Origin: Achromobacter phage vB_AxyP_19-32_Axy11
Sequence record: MK962630.1
Reading direction: 5' to 3' (one strand)
DNA length: 24,000 nucleotides
This document shows positions 7,342 to 15,397 of this stretch, in pieces. Below the pieces are notes generated by a model. The model saw only the letters and a program-made list of their open reading frames with translations, was not told where the DNA came from and ran no database searches. Position numbers and translations under genes: made by a program. How positions within the stretch are numbered: the stretch's first letter is position 1; each line of letters opens with the position of its first letter.

Positions 7342-7414
7342 TAGTGTGAGCTTCGGCTCTGAACGTGAAGTGAATGGTGTCAAGACGGGAGTTCGATTCT
7401 CCCCGGCTCCACCA
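7341..7414 (+). ncRNA. ssrA: acceptor piece of a circularly permuted tmRNA (5' end approximate)
   Basis: T-arm GGGAG-TTCGATT-CTCCC (7387-7403), acceptor 3' strand CGGCTCC (7404-7410), ACCA (7411-7414). No complementary 5' acceptor strand upstream; the fully complementary GGGGCCG is at 7528-7534. Confidence 0.8.
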
Positions 7415-7527
7415 TGAGTGCTATCTAGGAAAGCCTCATAAGCAGACCTGACCTGAGCCGTCTAATCAACGGGAATAAGGGACGATGAAGCGGCTGATTA
7501 CCGTGGATTCACGATAGCCCTGATGAT

Positions 7528-7770
7528 GGGGCCGACCGGTTTCGATTGGCATACTGAAGCGGAACTTACTACTAGGCAAGCGGAGCCTTAAACCAAGCAA
7601 AACTTGTAGACGCCAACGACGACTACATCCGTGTTGCTGCTTAAGCAATAACGGCCTTCCCCAGCAGGTGGCAACAGAAGCTGGGGACCAATTCGCTCGA
7701 AGCTTCGGCTTGAGAGGTAGACCGCTGAGAAATCCAGGCGGGCAGTGCGGTGGAAACCCGCCAAACCCAA
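7528..7770 (+). ncRNA. ssrA: coding piece of a circularly permuted tmRNA (3' end approximate)
   Basis: 5' GGGGCCGACCGGTTTCGATTGGC is tmRNA-like. PK1-like AGGC/GCCT, then GTAGAC, then tag GCC AAC GAC GAC TAC ATC CGT GTT GCT GCT TAA (ANDDYIRVAA*, 7612-7644). Helix CCCCAGC/GCTGGGG; pseudoknot ACCGC(7721-7725)/GCGGT(7747-7751) with GGCGGG(7737-7742)/CCCGCC(7757-7762). Confidence 0.85.
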
Positions 7771-7777
7771 CAACAAG

Positions 7778-7806
7778 AAGCCAGAGCAGCCAAGCTCTGG
7801 CTTTTT
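7778..7806 (+). terminator. Rho-independent terminator after tmRNA
   Basis: AGCCAGAGC-AGCCAA-GCTCTGGCT followed by TTTT. Confidence 0.85.
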
Positions 7807-7822
7807 CATTTTCTCAATCATC

Positions 7823-8146
7823 ATGATCCAAAAACACAACAAAGAATCGCTCCAAGAAATCCTCAAGGAGCATGAGCAAGTCGTCGTCCGTTTCACCGCT
7901 GAGTGGTGCGGTCCCTGCAAACAATTCGCCCCGGCCTTCAACGAAGTGGCCGTGGAGAACCAATTCAGCTCCATCATCTTCGTGGTGATCGATGCTGATG
8001 AACAACGTGAACTGGCAGCAGAGTTCGGCATCCGTGGCTTGCCCTCGGTGCTGTTCTTCGTGCATGGCCAGATCGTTGGTCGTGTCTCCGGCACCATGAC
8101 TGCGGACAAGTTCCGTGAAGTGATGCAGAAGCAATTCACTCGTTGA
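7823..8146 (+). CDS. trx: thioredoxin
   Basis: 107 aa with active site AEWCGPCKQFAP and the cis-Pro region GIRGLPSVLFFVHG. Confidence 0.9.
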   Translation: MIQKHNKESLQEILKEHEQVVVRFTAEWCGPCKQFAPAFNEVAVENQFSSIIFVVIDADEQRELAAEFGIRGLPSVLFFVHGQIVGRVSGTMTADKFREVMQKQFTR

Positions 8147-8160
8147 ACCAAGGAGGACGT

Positions 8161-8451
8161 ATGTTTCCTGACTTCGCTGGACTTGAAGCACGCATCCTGC
8201 TTGATCTCGCAACGAAAGGAAGCTCAACGTCCATGGTCTACATGACCAATGAGGGAATAGCCAGACAAATCTTGGAGATGCATGATCTCTTTGATGAGCC
8301 TTCCTCTATCGAACGTAAGGCCCATGACCTGATCGATGAACTCTGGAATAAAGAGAACATCGAGATCTGGGTAGACGACTTCGTATCAATCCCGGAACCC
8401 AAGCCCAAGAAGAAGGGCTTGCCATGGTTCCATCACCGTAGGAGATGGTAA
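8161..8451 (+). CDS. hypothetical protein
   Basis: ATG 8161 preceded by AAGGAGG. Confidence 0.65.
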   Translation: MFPDFAGLEARILLDLATKGSSTSMVYMTNEGIARQILEMHDLFDEPSSIERKAHDLIDELWNKENIEIWVDDFVSIPEPKPKKKGLPWFHHRRRW

Positions 8452-8651
8452 TGCGTCATCGTTTTCTCATGCCCACCAGTCCGGGCGATATCGCCGTTCA
8501 GGCCATGCAGCGAGTGCAAGCAGTCGCACGTCTCCATGGATGGGATGGTAAAAGCTCGGTCACCGAATGGCTGGACAGACAACTCACCGAAGGGAACCAA
8601 GCCAAGCAGATCGTACAGCCGTGGGAAGAGAACTCCCTTAAGGGTGCGTGA
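8451..8651 (+). CDS. hypothetical protein, 66 aa
   Basis: ATG 8451 abuts the upstream stop, with GGAG upstream; compact layout. Confidence 0.55.
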   Translation: MRHRFLMPTSPGDIAVQAMQRVQAVARLHGWDGKSSVTEWLDRQLTEGNQAKQIVQPWEENSLKGA

Positions 8652-8863
8652 TGACCCGCCGTATCGATCACTGGAATGGAAACCGCAACGAGGCGTTCTA
8701 TTCCTCCCACCCCACCCGACTCCAAGAGATCAGGGATCGGACCAACAATCAGATCCCTTTTAATTGGAAGACCCGCAAGTGTGTGTGCTGTAAACGCAGC
8801 AGGAGTCTCACACAATTCAATGGCGACAGTGCTACTTGCAAACGTTGCCCTACGGAGAAGTGA
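8651..8863 (+). CDS. small Cys-rich protein
   Basis: 70 aa, KCVCCKRS...ATCKRC possible zinc-binding knuckles; start overlaps the upstream stop. Confidence 0.5.
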   Translation: MTRRIDHWNGNRNEAFYSSHPTRLQEIRDRTNNQIPFNWKTRKCVCCKRSRSLTQFNGDSATCKRCPTEK

Positions 8864-8865
8864 GA

Positions 8866-9330
8866 ATGCGTACCCCATTCTTTCGTCCTCGGCAGAAGCC
8901 CAAAAAGCTGCCGATCATGTTCCGTGGTTCGACCCAGATGGAGAATGAAATTCTCCTGGTCAATCACGCCTATTTCGACAACATCGTCAATGGTCGAGGC
9001 GATGTTGAGATGTACCTGACCATCGTGTTCCGCACTCTTGCTGGTCTTCAGATGGCTGAACCTATGGACCAGAAGGAAGAGATCCAAGCCATCATCAAGA
9101 AGGCATTGGGTTCTCTCTGGTTCGTTGGTGAACGGATCCTCAAGAAGCACAAAGTAGGCTTCAGTGGTAACGAGATGATCGCTATCAAGGAAGCACTGGT
9201 GCTGATTGATGAACTCCACAAAGCAACTACCCGCCTTGACCATCGCAACATCTATGCTGATGTGGCATTCAAGGTCGGTGGCATGACGTTGACCATGCAA
9301 TCCCTCGAACCTTTCAAGGATTCCGTATGA
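8866..9330 (+). CDS. hypothetical protein
   Basis: ATG 8866 within ORF 8836..9330, preceded by GGAG; overlaps the next ATG. Confidence 0.6.
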   Translation: MRTPFFRPRQKPKKLPIMFRGSTQMENEILLVNHAYFDNIVNGRGDVEMYLTIVFRTLAGLQMAEPMDQKEEIQAIIKKALGSLWFVGERILKKHKVGFSGNEMIAIKEALVLIDELHKATTRLDHRNIYADVAFKVGGMTLTMQSLEPFKDSV

Positions 9331-10244
9331 ATCAGATCCGTGCCACCGTCATCGCTGACAGCATCAGTCCCGCTGGCATTCGCCTGACTACTTTCGAGTT
9401 GGTCTACCACCGTTTCATCCACTCCGAATTCATGACCCATCGCATGGTGTCGAAGAACTCGGCCAGCAGTCGTGCCATTCCCACGGCCAAGCTGCTGGAA
9501 CAAGTCCGAACCAGTCCCATGATGCCCATCCACTGGGGGCAGAATCAGAAGGGAATGCAAGCCGGGCAGGAACTCACGGCTCGTGGCCGTGAAGAAGCCG
9601 AAGCTCGCTGGCTGTGGGCAGCAGAACAAGCAGCCAATGCTGCTGAAGGGATGCTGGAGGCTGGTCTCCATAAGCAGGTGGCCAACCGTGTGTTGGAACC
9701 CTACGTTGCCATGCGAGTCATCGCAACGGCCACGGAATGGAACAACTTCTTCCACCTGCGTCTGCATCCCGATGCCCAGCCTGAAATCCAGGAACTGGCC
9801 AAGCAGATGCGTATCGCCCGTGAAGCAGCAACGCCTACCCTGCTGCATCCGGGCATGTGGCACCTGCCGTACATCACCCCGAAGGATACGGTGGATGTGG
9901 TCAATCACCTGAAGTATGGCCGCATCACTCGTGATGAACCGAAACAGAGCGAGATCATCGACATGCTGCGCAAGATCAGCGTGGCTCGCTGCGCCCGAGT
10001 GTCCTACAACAACTTCGAGGGTCGTCCCTCGACTGTGCAAGAAGACCTCGCACTGTACGACAAGCTGGTCGGCAGCAGCCCTTTGCACGCCAGCCCCACT
10101 GAACATCAAGCAACGCCTGATGTACTGACAGGTTATGGGGATGATGGTGAAGAGGAATGGCAACTGCCTTCTCATTACCACGGCAACTTCAAGGGCTGGA
10201 TCCAGTACCGCAAGACGCTGGCAGGCGAAAACGTTCCCGGTTAA
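9327..10244 (+). CDS. thyX: ThyX-like flavin-dependent thymidylate synthase
   Basis: 305 aa. ELVYHRFIHSEFMTHRMVSKNSASSRAIP corresponds to the ThyX signature region (RHRxxSxNxxSxR). Confidence 0.85.
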   Translation: MNQIRATVIADSISPAGIRLTTFELVYHRFIHSEFMTHRMVSKNSASSRAIPTAKLLEQVRTSPMMPIHWGQNQKGMQAGQELTARGREEAEARWLWAAEQAANAAEGMLEAGLHKQVANRVLEPYVAMRVIATATEWNNFFHLRLHPDAQPEIQELAKQMRIAREAATPTLLHPGMWHLPYITPKDTVDVVNHLKYGRITRDEPKQSEIIDMLRKISVARCARVSYNNFEGRPSTVQEDLALYDKLVGSSPLHASPTEHQATPDVLTGYGDDGEEEWQLPSHYHGNFKGWIQYRKTLAGENVPG

Positions 10245-10258
10245 TTCGGGTTTTGTGA

Positions 10259-10274
10259 GGGGGCATTCGCCCCC
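10259..10274 (+). terminator. probable terminator hairpin
   Basis: GGGGGC-ATTC-GCCCCC followed by ATTCCTTTTC, between thyX and rIIA. Confidence 0.65.
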
Positions 10275-10304
10275 ATTCCTTTTCATATACACAAGGAGTC
10301 TGTA

Positions 10305-12848
10305 GTGAAAGTCACTCACGAAGAAGGTCATATCACCCACGCCGTCGTGGGTGGCTTGGACGCAATTGAATGCGGTATCACTGGTGATGCCCACTTCATG
10401 CACATGCTGTCCGCATCGCTGTACAAGAATCCCACAATGGCCATGTGCCGTGAAGTCCTCTGCAACGCATGGGACGCACACATCATGGTCAACAAGACCG
10501 ATCCCATCAAGATCACGGTTGACCGTGATGAACTGATCATCCAGGACTTCGGTCCTGGCATTCACCACGACAAGATCGGCCCGATCTACGGGGTCTATGG
10601 AGCCAGTACCAAGAAGAACGATGGACGCCAAACTGGCGGCTTCGGTTTGGGCTGCAAGTCTCCCTGGTCCTACACCGATACCTTCGAGGTGGTCTCCTGC
10701 CACGAAGGACAGAAGGCCATCTACCAGATGACCAAATCGGCGTCGGAACGCCAAGGCAAGCCCAGCATCAAGCCCATCGTGGTCGGTATCCCGACTACGG
10801 ATACGGGTATCACGGTCACCATCCGCCTGAAGAATGGTGACTCCGGTGAGATCATGCGCTACGTCAAGCAGACGTTGTACTACGGAGGCATTCCTGCTGA
10901 GATCAACGGCAAGCTGTATCCGGTGCTCCCCTATCAGGAAGCGACGGATAACTGGATCCTTGCGAACCAGTTGAACGGCGACAAGTACCCCATCATGGTT
11001 CGCTATGGCAACGTGGTCTATCCGATCAACGAACAGGATGAGTACCAGAACGAATACCGTGAAGTCAGCCGCTTCCTCAAGAGCCTGCCTCGAAACGAGA
11101 ACGGCTATGCCCTGATCTTCTCGGCAGAGCCGGATAGCCTCACCCCGACTCCCAGCCGGGATGAACTCACCATGATCGACATGACCGTCGAGACTCTGAA
11201 GAAGCTGCTGACTGGCTTCGTGGACACGCTCAAGCGTGATGGTGACACGGTGGTCAAGGAACGTTCGGTGGAACGGATCAAGGATCTGTTCCAGCAGAAG
11301 CCGCTTGCAATCTTGGAATGGGATGGTGAATCCGTTCCCCCCAAGCGTGCGGAGAACTCCTTCTTCGACAACACCAGCTACTACAGCAGCCTGAAGAAGC
11401 CGATCACCGACTTCGGTGATGTGGTGGACCTGTCCATCGACTCCCGCTATCCGGGCAAGTACATCGCCGGTTTTCGCAAGCTGGACCTGTCCACTCGCTG
11501 GGATCTGTGGAAGACGATGCCAGGGCTGGATAAGCGACTGGTAGAAAGCTTTGGCCGACACCTCGCAATGGGATATGGCGACAAGCCTACTCAAGCCCAG
11601 CTCCGTTGGTTCACGCGCAATGTCACCGGCTACATCGTCAAGAAGGCGATGAAGCAAGACTACGAACTGAAGTTGGAAAACTTCTATTTCGTGGGCGGCG
11701 GCAATCGCACTCGTAGCTGGCACAAGTGGCCGACTTCTCTGGATCGTGTGATGTACAACGTCCACGAAGCGATGGCTACCCAGATGTGGGCGATGGCTCC
11801 TTACCTGAAGAACCGCATCGTGCTGACCCATGGAAAGAATGCCATCATGGATCGCATGGCACAGCATCCGCAGTACAAGGATCTTCCCTACCAGGAACGA
11901 ACCGGATGGCTGCTGTACGTGGTTCCCCGCTCACCGAAGCGGGCTTCCGAAGCACTGGCCTTCTTCCAAGGTCTGGGCATGGATGTCATTGACATGATGC
12001 CGATCCATGCCTGGGAGGACGATGAGTTCAAGCCCAAGAAGCGTGAGAAGCCCTTGGTTCCCGTCGTCAAGAAGCCCAAGAAGACCGGCTACATCTGCCT
12101 GTCTGCTTCGGTGAAGGATGGTGTCTACAACCCCTACGAATATGCTCGTGACAATGAAGACGCTGAACGAATCGAACAGCCTCTGTTCTACGTCACGCTC
12201 AAGCCGAAGGGACGCCATGGCTATGACATGAGCCTCAACTCTTTGTCTGACCGTGAGTCCAGGAATGCGGTTGAACTGTACGGTAAGTACGGTGCAATCA
12301 TTCAACTGGAAAAAGCCATCAACGAAGCAACGAAGAATGGTGCAGTGGTCATGGAAGAATGGATTCCTCAGCGAGTCCTGCAAGAAATGACCACCAACAA
12401 GCGGATTCGCCAATACTTTGCGATCTCTGCAAAGGCAGCTTCCAAGTTGCCGGACTGGACCAGCGAACTTGGTTCTGTCGTTAACCTGGTCGCCAACGAT
12501 CCGGTGTTGCAGTCCAAGTATGGGATCGTCAATCCCATGACTCCGCGAGACACGGTGCTGTTGAATCTGTTCCAGTCCATGGTTGGACAGATGCATCATT
12601 ACTATGGCCGCTTCAACGCTGTACCTGAAGTGATTCGTACAGGGTTCCGCAAGATGGAAGCCACCCTGGACGAGATCAAACCTGCACCGGAGGTTGTTTC
12701 TTTGGTGCAGATGGCCAAGGACAACACGATTCTGTCGTGCTTGAGCATCAGCAAGATCAAACAGATCCTGCAAAGCATCAGCCCCAAGGACATTCTTCTC
12801 CACGAAAGTGTCCGCAATTTGTTCATCAACGCCCTTGAGGGCAAGTGA
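10305..12848 (+). CDS. rIIA: rIIA-like protein with GHKL (Hsp90-type) ATPase domain
   Basis: 847 aa. Bergerat motifs EVLCNAWDAHI, IQDFGPGIHHDKI and TGGFGLGCKSPWSY. Followed by an rIIB-like gene. Confidence 0.82.
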   Translation: MKVTHEEGHITHAVVGGLDAIECGITGDAHFMHMLSASLYKNPTMAMCREVLCNAWDAHIMVNKTDPIKITVDRDELIIQDFGPGIHHDKIGPIYGVYGASTKKNDGRQTGGFGLGCKSPWSYTDTFEVVSCHEGQKAIYQMTKSASERQGKPSIKPIVVGIPTTDTGITVTIRLKNGDSGEIMRYVKQTLYYGGIPAEINGKLYPVLPYQEATDNWILANQLNGDKYPIMVRYGNVVYPINEQDEYQNEYREVSRFLKSLPRNENGYALIFSAEPDSLTPTPSRDELTMIDMTVETLKKLLTGFVDTLKRDGDTVVKERSVERIKDLFQQKPLAILEWDGESVPPKRAENSFFDNTSYYSSLKKPITDFGDVVDLSIDSRYPGKYIAGFRKLDLSTRWDLWKTMPGLDKRLVESFGRHLAMGYGDKPTQAQLRWFTRNVTGYIVKKAMKQDYELKLENFYFVGGGNRTRSWHKWPTSLDRVMYNVHEAMATQMWAMAPYLKNRIVLTHGKNAIMDRMAQHPQYKDLPYQERTGWLLYVVPRSPKRASEALAFFQGLGMDVIDMMPIHAWEDDEFKPKKREKPLVPVVKKPKKTGYICLSASVKDGVYNPYEYARDNEDAERIEQPLFYVTLKPKGRHGYDMSLNSLSDRESRNAVELYGKYGAIIQLEKAINEATKNGAVVMEEWIPQRVLQEMTTNKRIRQYFAISAKAASKLPDWTSELGSVVNLVANDPVLQSKYGIVNPMTPRDTVLLNLFQSMVGQMHHYYGRFNAVPEVIRTGFRKMEATLDEIKPAPEVVSLVQMAKDNTILSCLSISKIKQILQSISPKDILLHESVRNLFINALEGK

Positions 12849-14500
12849 GGATTTATCCCATGCAAACCAAGATGAAGGTCAAGGCATTCGTGGTGACGAC
12901 CAGCGAACTGACGCTGTACTCGGACCTCGGTGTGCCGTATCACATCCGCCAAGGTGACCCCCGTGTGGCACGCATCGTCGAAGAAATCCAGGGACCGATC
13001 TCCCTGGGTCAAGTCGTCGAAGTCGTGGTGGACGGTGAAGTCACTCCGGTGGTGGAACCGACCGATACCCGCAACTACTTCGCTGAAGCCGAACAGCAGT
13101 CCAACGGCGTGGTTCGCTTCTTCCGCGCCAGCCGTCGCCTGATCCGTGACCTCTTCTCCAAGAAGACGGAACCGGTCCAGGAACCGGAAACCGCCAAGTT
13201 CGTCAATCCGACGAGCGGCGGTGTCATCCCCGGTTCCCAGGAACAGGAAAAAGCGAAGACGCCGGAAGCCTGCCCGGTGACCCAAGCCAACGCCATCTCC
13301 GAAATCATGGCCAATGCCGTGCCTTCCACCGCACCCGACTTCAAGGTGCCGGAAGGCGTGGAAGCGGACCAAGATACCGGCGATACCGTGGTGGCCGTGG
13401 TCAACGGTACGGTGATCCCGGATGCTCACGAACTGGCTCCCCAGATCAAGCACGCCGTGATCTCGAACAGCACCCTGGGTATCCAGAACCTCATGGCTCG
13501 CCTGTCGGCCGTGGCCCGCAAGCGCGGTCACTCCGTCGAAGACCTCATGAAGTTCATGAAGCTGGGTGACCTGCCGGTGACGGACAAGGGCGACATCGTG
13601 GCCTACAAGGCACTGCGTCGTCGTCAACTGCCCGGCTACGACAACCGCTTCAAGTACGTGGACATCCACTCCGGCAACGTTCCCCAACGTGTCGGCTCCT
13701 TCGTCCACATGGACGAGAAGCTGGTGGATCCCGACCGTCGCCAGGACTGCTCGAATGGCCTGCACATCGCCAGCCGCTCCTACCTGGGATCGTTCCGTGG
13801 CGACGTGTGCGTCATGGTTCTGATCCGTCCGGAGGACGTGATCGCGGTGCCGGAGTACAGCGTCAACAAGATGCGTGTCTGCGGCTACCACATCATCGCT
13901 GAACTGACCCAATCCCAGTACAACAAGGTGCTGAACAATCAGCCCCTGACGGACGAGGAAAGCGGCGAACTGCTGCTGGGTCGCATCATGTCCGGTCACC
14001 ACATCAACGTGACCAACAAGGTGCAGATCGGCGGTCATCGTGGAACCAAGATCACGATCACCGAGATCGACAAGGCCGACCAGACGGATCTGTCCCCGGA
14101 AGTTCAAGTGGCACCGCCTTCGGTCGAAACGGCCCCGGTCGCCGAAGCTCCGGCCAAGACGGAAACGGAAAAGCCCCAGGAAGCCGCCAAAACGGCCCCC
14201 AAGGCGCCGAAACGTCGGGTCAAGGCCATCGACACCAAGGATCCGAAAAAGCCCGCCAGCAAGGCTGCAAAGCCCGCTGGCAAGGTGGTCTCGGCCAAGG
14301 ACGTTCTGACCAAGGTCAAGCTGACCCAAGCCGAAGAAGCCCAGAAGCTCTTCAAGGAGTACGCCAACGCCAGGACCAAGTCGGCTGAAATCGCCGCTGC
14401 CAAGGCGCTGCTGAACTTCAAGAAGCAAGCCAAGAAGGGCTGGTCGGTCCTGGGCCTGCCGGATGACACCGGCACGGAACTGACCAAGGTCATTTCCTGA
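12845..14500 (+). CDS. rIIB: rIIB-like protein
   Basis: Core FMKLGDLPVTDKGDIVAYKALRR...DIHSGNVPQRVGSFVHMDEKLVDPDRRQDCSNGLHIASRSYLGSF is typical of rIIB-like proteins. GTG at 12845; alternative ATG at 12860. Confidence 0.8.
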   Translation: MRIYPMQTKMKVKAFVVTTSELTLYSDLGVPYHIRQGDPRVARIVEEIQGPISLGQVVEVVVDGEVTPVVEPTDTRNYFAEAEQQSNGVVRFFRASRRLIRDLFSKKTEPVQEPETAKFVNPTSGGVIPGSQEQEKAKTPEACPVTQANAISEIMANAVPSTAPDFKVPEGVEADQDTGDTVVAVVNGTVIPDAHELAPQIKHAVISNSTLGIQNLMARLSAVARKRGHSVEDLMKFMKLGDLPVTDKGDIVAYKALRRRQLPGYDNRFKYVDIHSGNVPQRVGSFVHMDEKLVDPDRRQDCSNGLHIASRSYLGSFRGDVCVMVLIRPEDVIAVPEYSVNKMRVCGYHIIAELTQSQYNKVLNNQPLTDEESGELLLGRIMSGHHINVTNKVQIGGHRGTKITITEIDKADQTDLSPEVQVAPPSVETAPVAEAPAKTETEKPQEAAKTAPKAPKRRVKAIDTKDPKKPASKAAKPAGKVVSAKDVLTKVKLTQAEEAQKLFKEYANARTKSAEIAAAKALLNFKKQAKKGWSVLGLPDDTGTELTKVIS

Positions 14501-14516
14501 TGGTCTGATCCCTCCT

Positions 14517-14551
14517 GATACCTCTAGTGATATAAACTAGAGGTATCTTTT
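14517..14551 (+). terminator. perfect 11-bp inverted repeat plus T-tract; terminator and/or operator
   Basis: GATACCTCTAG-TGATATAAA-CTAGAGGTATC-TTTT, directly abutting the ATG at 14552. Confidence 0.7.
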
Positions 14552-15091
14552 ATGGAGAAGATCATGGCCAAAGTCTACCGGGTCAACCGGAAAGCCAAGG
14601 ACGAGGACATCCTTCGCATGAACTATGTGGGGATGTCCTTGGGCACCATTGCCCGAACTCTCGGTGTTCATCCGACCACCGTAACCCTGCGACTTCAGAA
14701 CCTGAACGTGGAACCCGCCGACACCCGTCGGACTTTCATGGAACACGTCCTGAAGCCGCTCCCTGTGCATATCGCTGACTGGCTGGCTGATCAACTCGGC
14801 CCGACCTATCAGATTCGCCAGTACGTGCGTGATCTGATCCAGGAAGCCTATGACAAACGTTTCGAGAAGATAGGAACTGCTCATGAGCGACATCTTGAAA
14901 AATACGGTGGCGTGGTTCCACGCAGCCACCCCCACCCCGACGCAGCAAAACATCAGCACGCAGATGGGTTGTCACTTCGAGGAAGTGAAGGAAATGGTGG
15001 ACTGCCTGACGCCGCGAACCAAGGAAGCCCAGGTGATCCTGCAACAAGCGCAGGCAGCACTGGACAACCTGGCGGGGCTGATGAAGCGTGA
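14552..15091 (+). CDS. small helix-turn-helix DNA-binding-like protein
   Basis: Region DILRMNYVGMSLGTIARTLGVHPTTVTLRLQNL resembles a HTH. ATG 14564 has a better SD (GGAGA) than 14552. The C-terminal third is low complexity and overlaps the next gene. Confidence 0.6.
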   Translation: MEKIMAKVYRVNRKAKDEDILRMNYVGMSLGTIARTLGVHPTTVTLRLQNLNVEPADTRRTFMEHVLKPLPVHIADWLADQLGPTYQIRQYVRDLIQEAYDKRFEKIGTAHERHLEKYGGVVPRSHPHPDAAKHQHADGLSLRGSEGNGGLPDAANQGSPGDPATSAGSTGQPGGADEA

Positions 15092-15341
15092 TGCCACGGC
15101 CATCGGCCTGCACCCTTCGGACTACGTGGATTTCGTGGACAGCCTGGGCGATCAGATCGTTACGGCGACTGGCTCCGGAACTTATTTGGGGATGGATGTC
15201 CCCGGAGCCTTGGACGAGATCAACAAGTCCAATCACTCCAAGTTCGTCGATGGCAAGCCGGTTCGTGATCCGGACAGCCAGAAGATCCTGAAAGGGCCGG
15301 ACTACTTCAAGGCCAACCTGAAGCCGTTCGTTCCGCAATAA
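14883..15341 (+). CDS. MazG/phosphoribosyl-ATP pyrophosphohydrolase-like all-alpha NTP pyrophosphatase
   Basis: HFEEVKEMVD ... DFVDSLGDQIVTATGSG ... LDEINKSNHSKFVDGKPVRDPDSQKILKGPDYF matches phage MazG-like proteins. Confidence 0.78.
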   Translation: MSDILKNTVAWFHAATPTPTQQNISTQMGCHFEEVKEMVDCLTPRTKEAQVILQQAQAALDNLAGLMKRDATAIGLHPSDYVDFVDSLGDQIVTATGSGTYLGMDVPGALDEINKSNHSKFVDGKPVRDPDSQKILKGPDYFKANLKPFVPQ

Positions 15342-15357
15342 AAACCCCCAGTACATA

Positions 15358-15377
15358 AACCGCCTTCGGGCGGTTTT
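15358..15377 (+). terminator. Rho-independent terminator
   Basis: AACCGCC-TTCG-GGCGGTTTTG. Confidence 0.85.
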
Positions 15378-15397
15378 GTCGTCTCCAGAGGGCCAAC

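Noticed and set aside
7341-7414. Interpretation as an ordinary tRNA 3' half
   Set aside because: No GGAGCCG/GGGGCCG-type 5' acceptor strand or D-arm exists in the preceding ~80 nt, whereas a perfect partner starts the tmRNA-like sequence at 7528.
7466-8151. ORFs over the tmRNA on both strands (7466..7648 +, 7588..8151 -)
   Set aside because: They overlap the tmRNA tag region and the terminator; the thioredoxin frame explains 7823-8146.
9252-11867. 871-aa minus-strand ORF
   Set aside because: Lies antisense to thyX and rIIA, whose products carry recognised motifs; the reverse frame is open because of codon bias. The product has no recognisable domain.
12602-14428. 608-aa minus-strand ORF
   Set aside because: Antisense to the rIIB-like gene; composition (poly H/V/G/L runs) is typical of a shadow ORF.
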